Positions 12,668 to 22,869 are shown, counted from the stretch's first letter. The stretch: 64,000 bases of DNA from Kiritimatiellales bacterium (GCA_037141075.1 JBAXDG010000001.1:1811-65810); one strand, 5' to 3'. Program-made: numbers and translations. The notes: generated by a model from the letters alone, not told the origin.

Positions 12668-13585
12668 CCGAAGCAGCCAGACATGGCTGTTCGCATCGGC
12701 TCGCTGGAAATGAAGAATCCGGTAACGGTCGCCTCCGGCACGTTCGGCTACGGGCCGGAATACGCCGATCTGGTTGATCTCGACCGCCTCGGCGCGATTA
12801 CCGTCAAAGGCATCAGCACCGAGCCGCATGTTGGCAATTCGATGCCGCGCACGTTCGAAACATTTGCCGGCATGCTCAATGCCATTGGCCTGCCCGGTCC
12901 CGGGGCGCATATGTTCATTAAGAAAAATATACCGTTCTTCGAAAAATATCGCGTGCCGCTCATCGTCAACATCTGGGGAAAAACCGTCGAAGACTACAGC
13001 CGCGTCGCGGAGATTTTCAACGATCAGCCGCGGATCAGCGCGCTCGAAGTGAATGTTTCCTGCCCGAACGTCAAAGAGGGCGGGGCGCTCTACGGAACCG
13101 ATGTGAATCTGTTTCGCTCGGTCGTGGATGCAGTTCGCGCCAAGACGCAGAAGCCGCTGATCATTAAACTCGCGCCGAATGTGGCGGACATCAAACTGTT
13201 CGCCCGCGCCGCCGAAGAATGCGGTGCCGACGCCGTTTCCATCATGAATTCCTATCCGGCCATGGCGATCAATATTGAAACGCGCAAGCCGCAGTTGGCC
13301 AACCGCACCGGCGGACTCTCCGGCCCGGCCATCAAACCCATTGCCGTCAAACTGGTGTGGGAAGCCGCCAAGGCCGTTAAAATTCCAATCATTGGAATGG
13401 GCGGCATAACCAGTCCTGAGGACGCGCTGGAGTTCATCATCGCCGGCGCTTCGGCCGTCGCCGTCGGCACCGCCAACTTCACCGATCCTTCCACCGCGGT
13501 GCGCGTGATTGAAGGAATGGAGAACTGGATGGCGGCAAAAGGGATCGGTTCGGTTGCCGAGCTTAAAGGAACGGTGCAGGCATGA
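12617..13585 (+). CDS. pyrD: Dihydroorotate dehydrogenase (class 1B) catalytic subunit
   Basis: KNPVTVASGTFGYG, LEVNVSCPN, GGLSGPAIKP, IPIIGMGGI. Start uncertain (12617 or 12683). Confidence 0.96.
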   Translation: MMVMVSHDSTLPAPGSRPKQPDMAVRIGSLEMKNPVTVASGTFGYGPEYADLVDLDRLGAITVKGISTEPHVGNSMPRTFETFAGMLNAIGLPGPGAHMFIKKNIPFFEKYRVPLIVNIWGKTVEDYSRVAEIFNDQPRISALEVNVSCPNVKEGGALYGTDVNLFRSVVDAVRAKTQKPLIIKLAPNVADIKLFARAAEECGADAVSIMNSYPAMAINIETRKPQLANRTGGLSGPAIKPIAVKLVWEAAKAVKIPIIGMGGITSPEDALEFIIAGASAVAVGTANFTDPSTAVRVIEGMENWMAAKGIGSVAELKGTVQA

Positions 13586-14136
13586 CGCGCCGCTGGACGG
13601 TTGGCGCGCTGGCCGCGCTGCTCGCCCTTTCCGTGATCGGCTGGATTTTCTATATGCCGCCGTCGGCGTTGCAGACGCTTAAGCCGATTCCTTCCCATGC
13701 GCAGATTGTTTACCGCAGCGTGACACCCGATTTGTCGGTTTTGGAACAGTTCCACGTTTCCAATGGCTGGAAAACAGCGGGCCGTTTTTTCCAAACCTTG
13801 AAAAAAAGTCCGCTGACGCTGGCCACGGTTGCGCTGAGCGGGCGCGACCGGCGCGACAGCTGGGTTGCGGTCAGCGCCCTCGGCCCGCGCTCCGTGCTTT
13901 TGCGCTGGCAGTTGAATCTTTTTCCTCCCGAAGGAATTAAGCCGTCCCGTTCTTACGGCGCGTGGCCGGTCTGGGAGTACAGCGACCCGGCGCTTCCGGT
14001 GTGGGTGCGAGTCCGCTTCTCGATCACCGAAGGATTGCTGATCTGTTCGATTTCCGATGACAGTCATGATATCTACTACCTGCTTGATACGCTCGACGGG
14101 CGCCGCCCTTCGGCGGAACGAAAGGAAGGCCAATGA
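13582..14136 (+). CDS. Hypothetical protein with N-terminal membrane segment
   Basis: Start/stop overlaps with both neighbours; hydrophobic N-terminus; no recognised motif. Confidence 0.6.
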   Translation: MTRRWTVGALAALLALSVIGWIFYMPPSALQTLKPIPSHAQIVYRSVTPDLSVLEQFHVSNGWKTAGRFFQTLKKSPLTLATVALSGRDRRDSWVAVSALGPRSVLLRWQLNLFPPEGIKPSRSYGAWPVWEYSDPALPVWVRVRFSITEGLLICSISDDSHDIYYLLDTLDGRRPSAERKEGQ

Positions 14137-15086
14137 AAACAACCGCGCTGATTTTATTCACTTCTGCTGTTCTGCTGGCGGCAGGCTGCAAGACGACAGA
14201 AACTAAACCGGTTACATGGAACGAGCAGCAAGCTTACATGGCGAAGGTTAAAAACCCGCAACGGTTCGGTTACAGCATTTATCAGACGCCCTCCGGAATT
14301 GAATACCGCGGCGGCAGCCGTCTGCATCCCAATCAGGCGGCGGAGCTTTCGATGAAAGCCGAAGAACCGCTTCGGCCTGTGGTGATGCTGCGCGGAAAAT
14401 TCGGGCTCGCATCGCCGCTGCTTTTGGATTTCACCGCTTCGTCCAGCTGGATGGAGTTTGATCTGGCGCAAACGTTTGGCTCACAACCGGTCGGTGAGGA
14501 CAGCGCACAGCTGGTTAAGACGCCCGGCGAAGAGATTGCCGGCTGTCTCTCGGTGGTGCCGACGGTTCGTTTGGATCAGCTTTACATTGAGAATCCGCTT
14601 GTTTATGTGCGGTTGGCCAATGGCCCGCTTGGAACGGTGGCGCGTGGCATTGAAAAGCCCGAGCTCAAAGCCGTAATGGGCTGGGATCTGCTCAGAATGT
14701 TTGGGCGGATCCGTTTGGATTACCCTGAGAAGAGGATCGTGCTTGCGACCGTCGAAACGGCTTATGTGCCCAACCCGGCCTTCCTCGTCGCAAAGATTCC
14801 GCTCATGAACTATGCCGGAGCCTGCGTGGTGCGCGGCGCTGTTGACGGCAAGGCTGGACCGATCCTGATTGACCCGGCGGGCGACTTTGAAGTGGCGACG
14901 GACGGCGCGGCGGCCGTTTCTTCTGTTCAGCTGGGTGCCGGTTTGATTTTTTCCGCGCCTGCGGTTTCGAATTCGCCCGGCGGGACACGGATCGGCGCGC
15001 GCCTGTTACAGAGTTATATCGTGACGGTCTGCCCTCAGGCGGGAGTGATTTATTTTGAAAGGCCGGCCAGCGGCAAAAACAAATAG
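14133..15086 (+). CDS. Lipoprotein with degenerate tandem retropepsin/aspartyl-protease-like domains
   Basis: Lipobox LAAGC; LLDFTASSS and LIDPAG at DTG-like positions; AVMGWDLLRMFGRIRLDY resembles the G.LG.DFL..F...IDY motif. Confidence 0.55.
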   Translation: MKTTALILFTSAVLLAAGCKTTETKPVTWNEQQAYMAKVKNPQRFGYSIYQTPSGIEYRGGSRLHPNQAAELSMKAEEPLRPVVMLRGKFGLASPLLLDFTASSSWMEFDLAQTFGSQPVGEDSAQLVKTPGEEIAGCLSVVPTVRLDQLYIENPLVYVRLANGPLGTVARGIEKPELKAVMGWDLLRMFGRIRLDYPEKRIVLATVETAYVPNPAFLVAKIPLMNYAGACVVRGAVDGKAGPILIDPAGDFEVATDGAAAVSSVQLGAGLIFSAPAVSNSPGGTRIGARLLQSYIVTVCPQAGVIYFERPASGKNK

Positions 15087-15092
15087 CCGGGG

Positions 15093-15476
15093 TTATTTGT
15101 TTTCTGCGAATTCGCTGAGCAGTTCATTAACCGCATCGCGCAAGTCGGACAGCTTGACCGGTTTTATAAACACGCGATGAGCGCCGAATTTTTTTGCCTG
15201 CGGGAGAAAGTTGGCCGGTTGGGTTTTCATGCCGCCGGAGATGGCGATGACCGGGATTCCCAGATGCTGTTTTCTGATGTTCATCAGCAGTTCCAGACCG
15301 TCCATTTCAGGCATCATAATATCCGTGATGATGAGGTCAGGTTTTTGCTGTTTCATCAGCTGTAATCCTTCCCGTCCGTTCGAAGCGAGCGCGACGGAGT
15401 GTCCTGCGCCCTCCAGAAACTGGCCGAAAAGAGACTGTACGGAGGTCTCATCATCCATCACTAGAATGTGTGCCAT
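15093..15476 (-). CDS. Single-domain CheY-like response regulator
   Basis: ILVMDDE, DLIITDIMMPEMDGLE, FIKPV. Confidence 0.92.
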   Translation of the reverse strand: MAHILVMDDETSVQSLFGQFLEGAGHSVALASNGREGLQLMKQQKPDLIITDIMMPEMDGLELLMNIRKQHLGIPVIAISGGMKTQPANFLPQAKKFGAHRVFIKPVKLSDLRDAVNELLSEFAENK

Positions 15477-15489
15477 AATCGCAGCTCCT

Positions 15490-18400
15490 TCATTGGATCA
15501 CTTCTGTCAGCGCACTATACACAGCGGTCAGCAGGCCGTCGACAGAAACCGGTTTTTTCAGGAAGTGATATCCCTTCGACTCGAGAAGAAGCCACCGATC
15601 ATGCTGATTCTGATAACCGCTGCACAGCACCACCGGCAGGCCGGGACTTTCTTTCCGGAGCAGGTCTGCCAGTTCGATGCCATCCTTCCCGGGCATGACG
15701 ATATCGCTGAAGAGCAGGTCGAAGTCGCCTTGCTGCTCTTTGAACAGTTCAAGGGCCTCTTCTGCGCTCGCGGCAACGACGGGTTTATAGCCTGCCGATT
15801 CCAGAATCTGAATGAACATATTGCGCATTCCCGCATCATCTTCGACCAGTAGAATCCGGTCGTTGCGTGTCCGGTCTGTTGGGTTGTCTGTCGCGGGAGC
15901 TTCATAGGCCGGCAGGTATATCTTCAGGGTGGTTCCCTGTCCTTCTTTGCTGTCCACATGAATCCAGCCCTTGTTCTGCTTGACGATGCCGTACACCACC
16001 GAAAGGCCCATGCCGGTTCCTTTGCCGACTGCTTTGGTTGTGAAAAACGGTTCAAACAAATGGTCTTTTACTTCACGGCTCATGCCGCAACCGGTGTCGG
16101 TGGCGGACAGGCAGACAAAAGAACCCGGTCGTGCTTCGGGCATTCCGGTGATGGCTTGCGGCGCGAAGGTGATGTTTTCTGTTGCGATCGTCAGGTGGCC
16201 GCCATCCGGCATGGCGTCGCGGGCGTTGACGGTCAGATTGATGATCAGTTGCGTGATCTGGCCGGGGTCGATATATATTTCATGCAAGGCTGGGTGCGTC
16301 ACGAAGGTTAATGCCGTCTTATTCCCCAGCAGTTGTTGCAACATCGCTTCGATATCCCGAACCACCGTGTTGAGGCCAATCCGTTTCCTGTCCGCAGGTT
16401 GGTTGCGGCTGAAGGTCAGCAGTTGCCGGGTCATTTCCGCCGCGCGCCGGGCGGCTTTCTGGACCTCAAGGGCATTCTCGTGTTCCAGAGTGTCCTTTTT
16501 CAACTGGTTGATAAGGAGTTCGCTGAACCCGAGGATAGCCTGAAGAACATTGTTGAAGTCATGCGCGATGCCGCCGGTGAGCCGACCGATTGCGTCCATC
16601 TTCTGGCTCTGCCGGAATTTCTCCTCCTGAGCCAGCTCCTGAGTGATGTCCCGTTTCACAGCGACATAGCCGGTGATGGTTCCGGACGGATCCCGAACCG
16701 CAGAAATCACGGCCTCCTCCGTGTAGAGTTCGCCGCCTTTCCGTTTATTGACGAAACGACCTTCCCAGGTTTTTCCAGAGGTGATGGTTTTCCAAAGGTT
16801 GGAATAAAAGGCTGCATCGTGATTTTCGCTCTTGAGGATTCGCGGGTTTTTCCCCAACGCTTCTTCGCGCGAATAGCCCGTGATGGTTTCAAAGGCCGGG
16901 TTGACATACTGGATGATTCCGCCGGGACCTGTAATCATGACGGTTTCCGGAGACTGCTCAATGGCGGTGGAAAGGCGCAGCAGTTCGGCTTTGTTCTTTT
17001 TTTCTTCGGTGATATCTGTGGTGTAGCCCGCCAGCAACGTTCTGTCGCCCTGAACAATCGGAAACTTGATCGTGGTATAGCTGCGGCCATTCAACTCCTC
17101 ATTTATTCTCAGCACCGCACCCTTGCTCACCACAGCCCAGTCGTCGGCCATGATCTTCAGGGCCAGTTCCGCCGGGAACAACTCGGCCATGGTCTTGCCC
17201 GCCATCTCTGAACCCGGGATGCCGATCATCTGGTGAAAATTATCGCTGGCTTGCAGCACGCGGCTTTCGGTGGGCGTTACTTCCTTGATATAGGTGTAAA
17301 CGGGCGAGTGATGCATGAACAGCCTGAACAGCTCTGCGCTCTCCCGGAGCGCCTCCTGCATCCGTTTACTTTCGGTGATATCTTCGTAGGCCCCGATCAC
17401 TCCAATGATTTCTCCCTGAATGTTTTTCAGCGGAATTTTGCTGGTCTTCAGCCAGTTGAGGGTTCCATCTGATCGGGTCTGAGGTTCTTCAATATCAAGT
17501 TTCGGTGCGCCCGACTCAATCACGTCACGATCGTCCGCGCGGAATGCTTCGGACTGTTCGTTCGTTGTGACCAGATCAAAATCGGTTTTTCCGACCACTT
17601 CTTCCGGGCTGGCAATTCCGACATCATGAGCAAACGGCAGGTTGCATCCGAGGTAGGTTGAGCTGCGGTCTTTCCAGAAAACACGAACCGGGATGCTATC
17701 AATAACGGTGCGCAGGAACTGTTGCGACTCTTCAAGCTTTTGCTGGGCAATTATGCGTTTGGTGATATCCCATGAAATCCCGAGTGTTCCTGCGAGATTC
17801 CCATTTTCGTCATAGCGGGGGGTTTTAGTGGTTTGATGCCAAACCGTCCCCGACAGCTCTTCGACCTGAACCGGCTGCCCGGTTTGCATCACCCGCTGTT
17901 CGTCCTCGAATTTTTTCCGGGCCAGAGCTTCCGGAAAGAGGTCGAAATCGGTTTTTCCGATCAAGGCTTCCTTTGCCATCCCGCGGTAGATTGCTGTGCT
18001 CTGGTTCACGTAGACGAACCGCCCGTTGGTGTCTTTGAAATAAACATTGGCCGGCAGGGACTCCATAAAAGACAGGAAGAGGTTTTGTTCAAACCGGAGA
18101 CGCTTTTCCGACTCCTTTCGATTGGTGATGTCATGGGCGGAAGTGCAGATATATTCCCTGTTCCCGTATCTTATATAGCTCGCATGAACTTCAACCGGAA
18201 GAAGCCGTCCGTCTTTGGTCTTATGGTGCATTTCAAGTTGCAGCGATTTCTTTTCCTGCAACTCCTGCCAGTGCGAAGGCCAGCGTTCCGCCGGCATATT
18301 CGGGTCAATATCGGGAACAGATAAGCGGAGAAGCTCTTCTTTGTCATAGCCCAGCGTGCGGCAGGCCGCCTCGTTGACATAGACAAACCGTCCTGTTGAG

Positions 18401-20103
18401 TTAACCCAAAAGGCAGGGTTCCCGGCGCGGTCGAGTGCAAATTGAGTCAGCTCCAGCCGCTCTTTGGCGAGCACCGCGTCTTCCATCAAATTCAATGCCG
18501 CCTGACGGGATTCTTTCAGGGCCTGGTTGGCGGACTTAATCTCAAGGGTGCGTTTTTTCACCTGTTGTTTCAGAAGGGCAATTAACAGGGCCGCGACGGC
18601 CGTCAGCAGAGTAATCACCGCGCCCACGATCAGGAGAATCTTTTTGACCTGCGGCCAGTAGGGTTCCCGATCCAGCACGCCCAGCCATTGGTTGTAAATC
18701 TGCTGGTATTCGCCGCTCTGTTTGAGTTGTGTCAGACCGTCATTGAGCAGATCAAGCAGCGCCGCGTCGCCCTTCCGGACCGCATAGCAGAATTCACTTT
18801 TCTGCAAGCGGGGGTCGACGGCGTACAGATTCTTGCGTTCGTTCTGGCGAATCCAGTAAAGCCCTGTCGAGAGACTGCCCAGTGCGAAATCAACCTGTCC
18901 CTTGTCCAGCAGCTCCATCGCGGCTTCAAATGATTCGGTAGTCGTCAGCGGTTCCAGCCCCTGCTGCAGCGCATACGTATTCAACACAGCACTCAGTTTC
19001 GGGAAGGAGATTCGGCGGCCTTTCAGATCTTCAGGGGTTTTGTAAGGCGGCGAATCGCGCCGGGCGAAGACCGCCCGGTACACAGTCGAGTGCGGAATCG
19101 AAAAATCAACCCAGGCTTCTTTCGCTGGGTTCGGGTATTGCATGCTGGTGATGTCAATTGCGCCTTTCTGCACTTGATCCCAGACGGTCTCCCACTGAGC
19201 GAGTTGGAAGGAGATGTTCAGCCCGGTTTTCCGGGCAACGGCACGGAGCAGCTCAACATTAAAACCGGTCGGCTGACCCGCTTCATCGAGAAACGAATGA
19301 GGGGGAGATGCAAAGTTGTCGCTGTAAACAAGCATCCGCTTATGGACGGAGTCGGCTTCGTTTGAGTAGAGCCATTTGCGTTCAAGCTGGCGGTAGGTCC
19401 CTTTGATCATGATGGCGGACAAACCTTTGTTCAGCGCAGACAGCAGTTTTCCGTTGCCCTTTTTTACCGCAAAGCAAAACTCCTGTTGAAACCCTTCGAT
19501 GGGTTTGCCTGTTTCCCGGATGTTGGCAAGACCCATTTGTTTGAGCAGGGAGACGCCCATCAGTTTCTGGGCGATCACCGCATCGGCGCGGCCATCCGAG
19601 AGCATGCGAAAGGCCTCGTCAAAGTTCGTGGTGACCATGATGTTTTCAGACAGCCGGGCGCGCCGCACATATTCTTCCGCATTGTCGCTCTGCATGACGG
19701 CAATCCGCCGCCCCTGTAAGTCCACTAGACTCCTGATTTCCGTGTTATCGTCCCGTACAAAAAGCGCTCCGGGTACCGTCAGGTAGGGGATGGTGAAATC
19801 GAACTGCGCCCTCCGTTCCGGTGTGCGTCCAACCAGCGGCAGCACATCCAGCCGGCCTTCGGCCAGATCGGTTTTAATTTCTGACCAGGCTCCGTTTTGA
19901 AATGAGACTTCCATGCCGATTTCGGCCACAGCCGCCCGCAGGAGCTCCACCGAAAACCCGTCCGCTTTTCCGTCGGAATTGACAACCGAAAGCGGTGGAT
20001 AATCCGGTTCCGCGGCGGAACGGACGGGGTCGGCAAAGCCTTGCGTCAGCAGGACACAAAGAAGCGATCCAGCAGCCAAAAGCCGTTTATTTTTCCTCAA
20101 CAT
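15490..20103 (-). CDS. Hybrid sensor histidine kinase: two periplasmic substrate-binding domains, TM, five PAS, HisKA-HATPase, REC
   Basis: PDYPPLS..GFSVELL solute-binding motifs; GIAHDFNNVLQ H-box; DTGCGM, FEPFFTTK..GKGTGMGL; C-terminal LVEDD REC domain. Confidence 0.93.
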   Translation of the reverse strand: MLRKNKRLLAAGSLLCVLLTQGFADPVRSAAEPDYPPLSVVNSDGKADGFSVELLRAAVAEIGMEVSFQNGAWSEIKTDLAEGRLDVLPLVGRTPERRAQFDFTIPYLTVPGALFVRDDNTEIRSLVDLQGRRIAVMQSDNAEEYVRRARLSENIMVTTNFDEAFRMLSDGRADAVIAQKLMGVSLLKQMGLANIRETGKPIEGFQQEFCFAVKKGNGKLLSALNKGLSAIMIKGTYRQLERKWLYSNEADSVHKRMLVYSDNFASPPHSFLDEAGQPTGFNVELLRAVARKTGLNISFQLAQWETVWDQVQKGAIDITSMQYPNPAKEAWVDFSIPHSTVYRAVFARRDSPPYKTPEDLKGRRISFPKLSAVLNTYALQQGLEPLTTTESFEAAMELLDKGQVDFALGSLSTGLYWIRQNERKNLYAVDPRLQKSEFCYAVRKGDAALLDLLNDGLTQLKQSGEYQQIYNQWLGVLDREPYWPQVKKILLIVGAVITLLTAVAALLIALLKQQVKKRTLEIKSANQALKESRQAALNLMEDAVLAKERLELTQFALDRAGNPAFWVNSTGRFVYVNEAACRTLGYDKEELLRLSVPDIDPNMPAERWPSHWQELQEKKSLQLEMHHKTKDGRLLPVEVHASYIRYGNREYICTSAHDITNRKESEKRLRFEQNLFLSFMESLPANVYFKDTNGRFVYVNQSTAIYRGMAKEALIGKTDFDLFPEALARKKFEDEQRVMQTGQPVQVEELSGTVWHQTTKTPRYDENGNLAGTLGISWDITKRIIAQQKLEESQQFLRTVIDSIPVRVFWKDRSSTYLGCNLPFAHDVGIASPEEVVGKTDFDLVTTNEQSEAFRADDRDVIESGAPKLDIEEPQTRSDGTLNWLKTSKIPLKNIQGEIIGVIGAYEDITESKRMQEALRESAELFRLFMHHSPVYTYIKEVTPTESRVLQASDNFHQMIGIPGSEMAGKTMAELFPAELALKIMADDWAVVSKGAVLRINEELNGRSYTTIKFPIVQGDRTLLAGYTTDITEEKKNKAELLRLSTAIEQSPETVMITGPGGIIQYVNPAFETITGYSREEALGKNPRILKSENHDAAFYSNLWKTITSGKTWEGRFVNKRKGGELYTEEAVISAVRDPSGTITGYVAVKRDITQELAQEEKFRQSQKMDAIGRLTGGIAHDFNNVLQAILGFSELLINQLKKDTLEHENALEVQKAARRAAEMTRQLLTFSRNQPADRKRIGLNTVVRDIEAMLQQLLGNKTALTFVTHPALHEIYIDPGQITQLIINLTVNARDAMPDGGHLTIATENITFAPQAITGMPEARPGSFVCLSATDTGCGMSREVKDHLFEPFFTTKAVGKGTGMGLSVVYGIVKQNKGWIHVDSKEGQGTTLKIYLPAYEAPATDNPTDRTRNDRILLVEDDAGMRNMFIQILESAGYKPVVAASAEEALELFKEQQGDFDLLFSDIVMPGKDGIELADLLRKESPGLPVVLCSGYQNQHDRWLLLESKGYHFLKKPVSVDGLLTAVYSALTEVIQ

Positions 20104-20974
20104 AGGGTTTGTTTTTTCCGAACAGTTTTTTCAGAAGCGGTTTTGAGCCGGAGCGGGGAAGGGTAGAGCCTTGATGCTCTGCATCGGTAACAACGTACGG
20201 AGCGGCCTGTCCCAGTTGCCGGCACAGCTGGTTGATTTCTTTTTTAAGTTCCACCATTCGCAGTTCGCGCCCGGTTGCCGCGCGGTTAAACCGTCCCAGT
20301 TCTTCGTTGTGGCTGCGCAGGGTTTCTTCGGCCTGCCGGCTTTGGGTTATATCATAATTGATGCCGGTCATCCGCACGGGCCTGCCGTTTTTATCGTGGA
20401 AGGCTTTACCGAAGGCTTTGATGTGCCGCACTTCACCGTCAGGCCGCACGATGCGAAATTCGATATCAAAATCTTTTTCGCCGCGTTCCGCCAGTTTAAC
20501 GGCGTGTGTCGCGTGTTCCCGGTCTTCAGGGTGGATGAGTTCTTTCCAGGCTTCATGCGTACCGTCGAATTCCTCATGCGGAATGCCGTAAATCCGGGCC
20601 ATTTGTTTATCCCAAAACAGCTGGTTATTGACGATATCGCGATCCCAGACGCCGATGTTGGCGGCCGAGGTGGCAATCTCATAACGCTCTTCGTTTTCGA
20701 GCACATGCCGATGGGTCAGCCGGATTCTGGAGATGAAATAGTTCAGGGCGAGGAAAAGCAGCGCCCCGGTGGAAAAGATAAAAAGCAGACCTCTGGATGT
20801 CGAGAGAATGCACCAGTGCTCCCCGGTCGTTTTCCCCAGCAGCTTGATCAGCAGGTCTGAAAAGTAAATCCAGCATTCTCCAATCAGCAGATAGAGCAAT
20901 GTGATGCCGGACACAAACGGCATTTTCAGAAGTCGAGGGAAATGCTTCGGAATGGATTTTTCACCTAGGCTCAT
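20087..20974 (-). CDS. Membrane-anchored PAS-domain protein with C-terminal coiled coil
   Basis: Two TM segments, PAS (IGVWDRDI..IHPEDRE..EFRIVRPDG) and RELRMVELKKEIN; start uncertain. Confidence 0.8.
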   Translation of the reverse strand: MSLGEKSIPKHFPRLLKMPFVSGITLLYLLIGECWIYFSDLLIKLLGKTTGEHWCILSTSRGLLFIFSTGALLFLALNYFISRIRLTHRHVLENEERYEIATSAANIGVWDRDIVNNQLFWDKQMARIYGIPHEEFDGTHEAWKELIHPEDREHATHAVKLAERGEKDFDIEFRIVRPDGEVRHIKAFGKAFHDKNGRPVRMTGINYDITQSRQAEETLRSHNEELGRFNRAATGRELRMVELKKEINQLCRQLGQAAPYVVTDAEHQGSTLPRSGSKPLLKKLFGKNKPYVEEK

Positions 20975-21146
20975 TGCGCTCCTCTCCGGTCGCCCGTGAC
21001 GGTATCTAACTTGCCGGATGATAATCAAGAACACTTCTTCTCAGATCATGCGCTCCTTAGCACGCTTCGTCAGGGGAAAGGCTTGGCGAAGTGAGCCTTT
21101 GCACGCTATCTTTATTTCCACATTCCGTCAAATCAGGGGAGCTGTA

Positions 21147-22118
21147 ATGAAAGTTTTAGTGGCCGGGGGCGCCGGATACATCGGCAGTGTCACAACCGAG
21201 ATGCTTTGCGACGCGGGGCACGACGTGACCGTGTTTGACAACCTGGAACGCGGGCACCGCGCTGCGGTCGATCCGCGCGCCAAATTCATTCAGGGCGACC
21301 TGCGCAAGCCGGAAGCCATTGAAGCCGCGCTCAAGCAGACAAAGCCCGAAGCCGTCATCCACTTCGCCGCCTACATCGAAGTCGGCGAATCGATGGTCAA
21401 TCCGCTTCCGTTCTTCGAAAACAACGTCGGCGGCTCACTCAACCTGATGAAGGCGATGGTTGCGGCGGATTGCAAAAAGCTGATTTTCTCATCCACCTGC
21501 GCCACCTATGGCACGCCCGAGCGGGTGCCGATGGACGAATCTCTGCCGCAGAAACCCGAAAGCGTTTATGGAGAATCCAAGCTGCTTTGCGAAAAAATCT
21601 TCTCATGGGCCCAGCAGATTCACGGTGTCGAGTGCGTCTTTCTGCGCTACTTCAACGCCTGCGGCGCCACCGCCAAATACGGCGAAGACCATGCGCCTGA
21701 ATCACACCTCATCCCGCTTGTCCTGCAGGTGCCGCTCGGCAAGCGGCAGAAAATCTATATCTTTGGCGACGACTACGACACGCCCGACGGAACCTGTATC
21801 CGCGACTACATTCACATCCGCGACCTGGCCCAGGCCCACATTCTCGCACTCAAACCCGGCATCACCGGCGCGTTTAACCTTGGCAACGGCGACGGCTATT
21901 CCGTCAAGGAAGTCATTGATGTCGCCCGCGAAGTCACCGGCCACCCGATTCCAGCGGAACTCCAGCCGCGCCGCGCCGGCGACTGCACCCGCCTGATTTC
22001 CAACTCCGCCAAAGCCAAAACGGTTCTTGGCTGGAAACCGGAATACGCCGACCTGCGCTCCATCGTCCAAAGCGCATGGGCTTGGCACAAAGCCCATCCG
22101 GACGGATATGAAGACTGA
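21147..22118 (+). CDS. galE: UDP-glucose 4-epimerase
   Basis: GGAGYIGS, FSSTCATYG, YGESK, LRYFNACGA, DGTCIRDYIH. Confidence 0.96.
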   Translation: MKVLVAGGAGYIGSVTTEMLCDAGHDVTVFDNLERGHRAAVDPRAKFIQGDLRKPEAIEAALKQTKPEAVIHFAAYIEVGESMVNPLPFFENNVGGSLNLMKAMVAADCKKLIFSSTCATYGTPERVPMDESLPQKPESVYGESKLLCEKIFSWAQQIHGVECVFLRYFNACGATAKYGEDHAPESHLIPLVLQVPLGKRQKIYIFGDDYDTPDGTCIRDYIHIRDLAQAHILALKPGITGAFNLGNGDGYSVKEVIDVAREVTGHPIPAELQPRRAGDCTRLISNSAKAKTVLGWKPEYADLRSIVQSAWAWHKAHPDGYED

Positions 22119-22869
22119 TATCGAACTGATTTCGATCGGCAGTGAGCTATTGAGCGGACGTACGCTCAACAGCCATGCGCAGACGCTGGGCGCGGCGCTC
22201 ACCGCCATCGGTCTTCGCCTTTCGCGCGACACGACGATTCCCGACGAAATCGAAACCATTCAATTCGCTGTTCGCGAAGCGTTCGAGCGCACCGACATCG
22301 TCGTCGTTAGTGGCGGTCTCGGCCCGACCTCCGACGACATCACGCGCGATGCGCTCGCCGGACTCTTTGGGCGAAAAATCGTCATATCGTCCGCCGCGCT
22401 CGCCGCTCTGCATAAACGGTTCAACGAGCGCGGACGCATCATCAATCCCGCCGCCGAACGTCAGGCTCTTATTCTCGACGGAGCGGAAACACTCATCAAC
22501 TCTGCCGGGGCCGCTCCCGGCGAACGGTTAGGCTTTCCGGGGAACAAAACCCTTTTTATTCTGCCCGGCCCGCCGAATGAATTTGCCGCCGTGCTCAACG
22601 ACCACATTGTTCCGTGGCTCATCAAACAGTTTCCTGATGTTGTCCCGCTCGAACTGCGCGTACTTACCACGCAGGGCATCGGCGAATCCGATATCGTCAC
22701 TCGACTTGAAGAGGCGGGGTTCCAACCCTTGGAAACTTCGATCGGGTTTTATCCAGGGCTTGGAAAAGTCGAAATCCGCCTGACCGCGCCGCGCGAACAG
22801 TTCGCCGCGCTCGAAGCCGTCGAGCGCACCCTGCGGGCAATCCTGCGCGACAAGCTCATTGGGAAATAA
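22108..22869 (+). CDS. CinA-type molybdopterin-binding-domain protein (no C-terminal PncC domain)
   Basis: IGSELLSGRTLNSH, SGGLGPTSDDIT, LPGPPNE; 253 aa, ending before any PncC domain. Confidence 0.85.
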   Translation: MKTDIELISIGSELLSGRTLNSHAQTLGAALTAIGLRLSRDTTIPDEIETIQFAVREAFERTDIVVVSGGLGPTSDDITRDALAGLFGRKIVISSAALAALHKRFNERGRIINPAAERQALILDGAETLINSAGAAPGERLGFPGNKTLFILPGPPNEFAAVLNDHIVPWLIKQFPDVVPLELRVLTTQGIGESDIVTRLEEAGFQPLETSIGFYPGLGKVEIRLTAPREQFAALEAVERTLRAILRDKLIGK

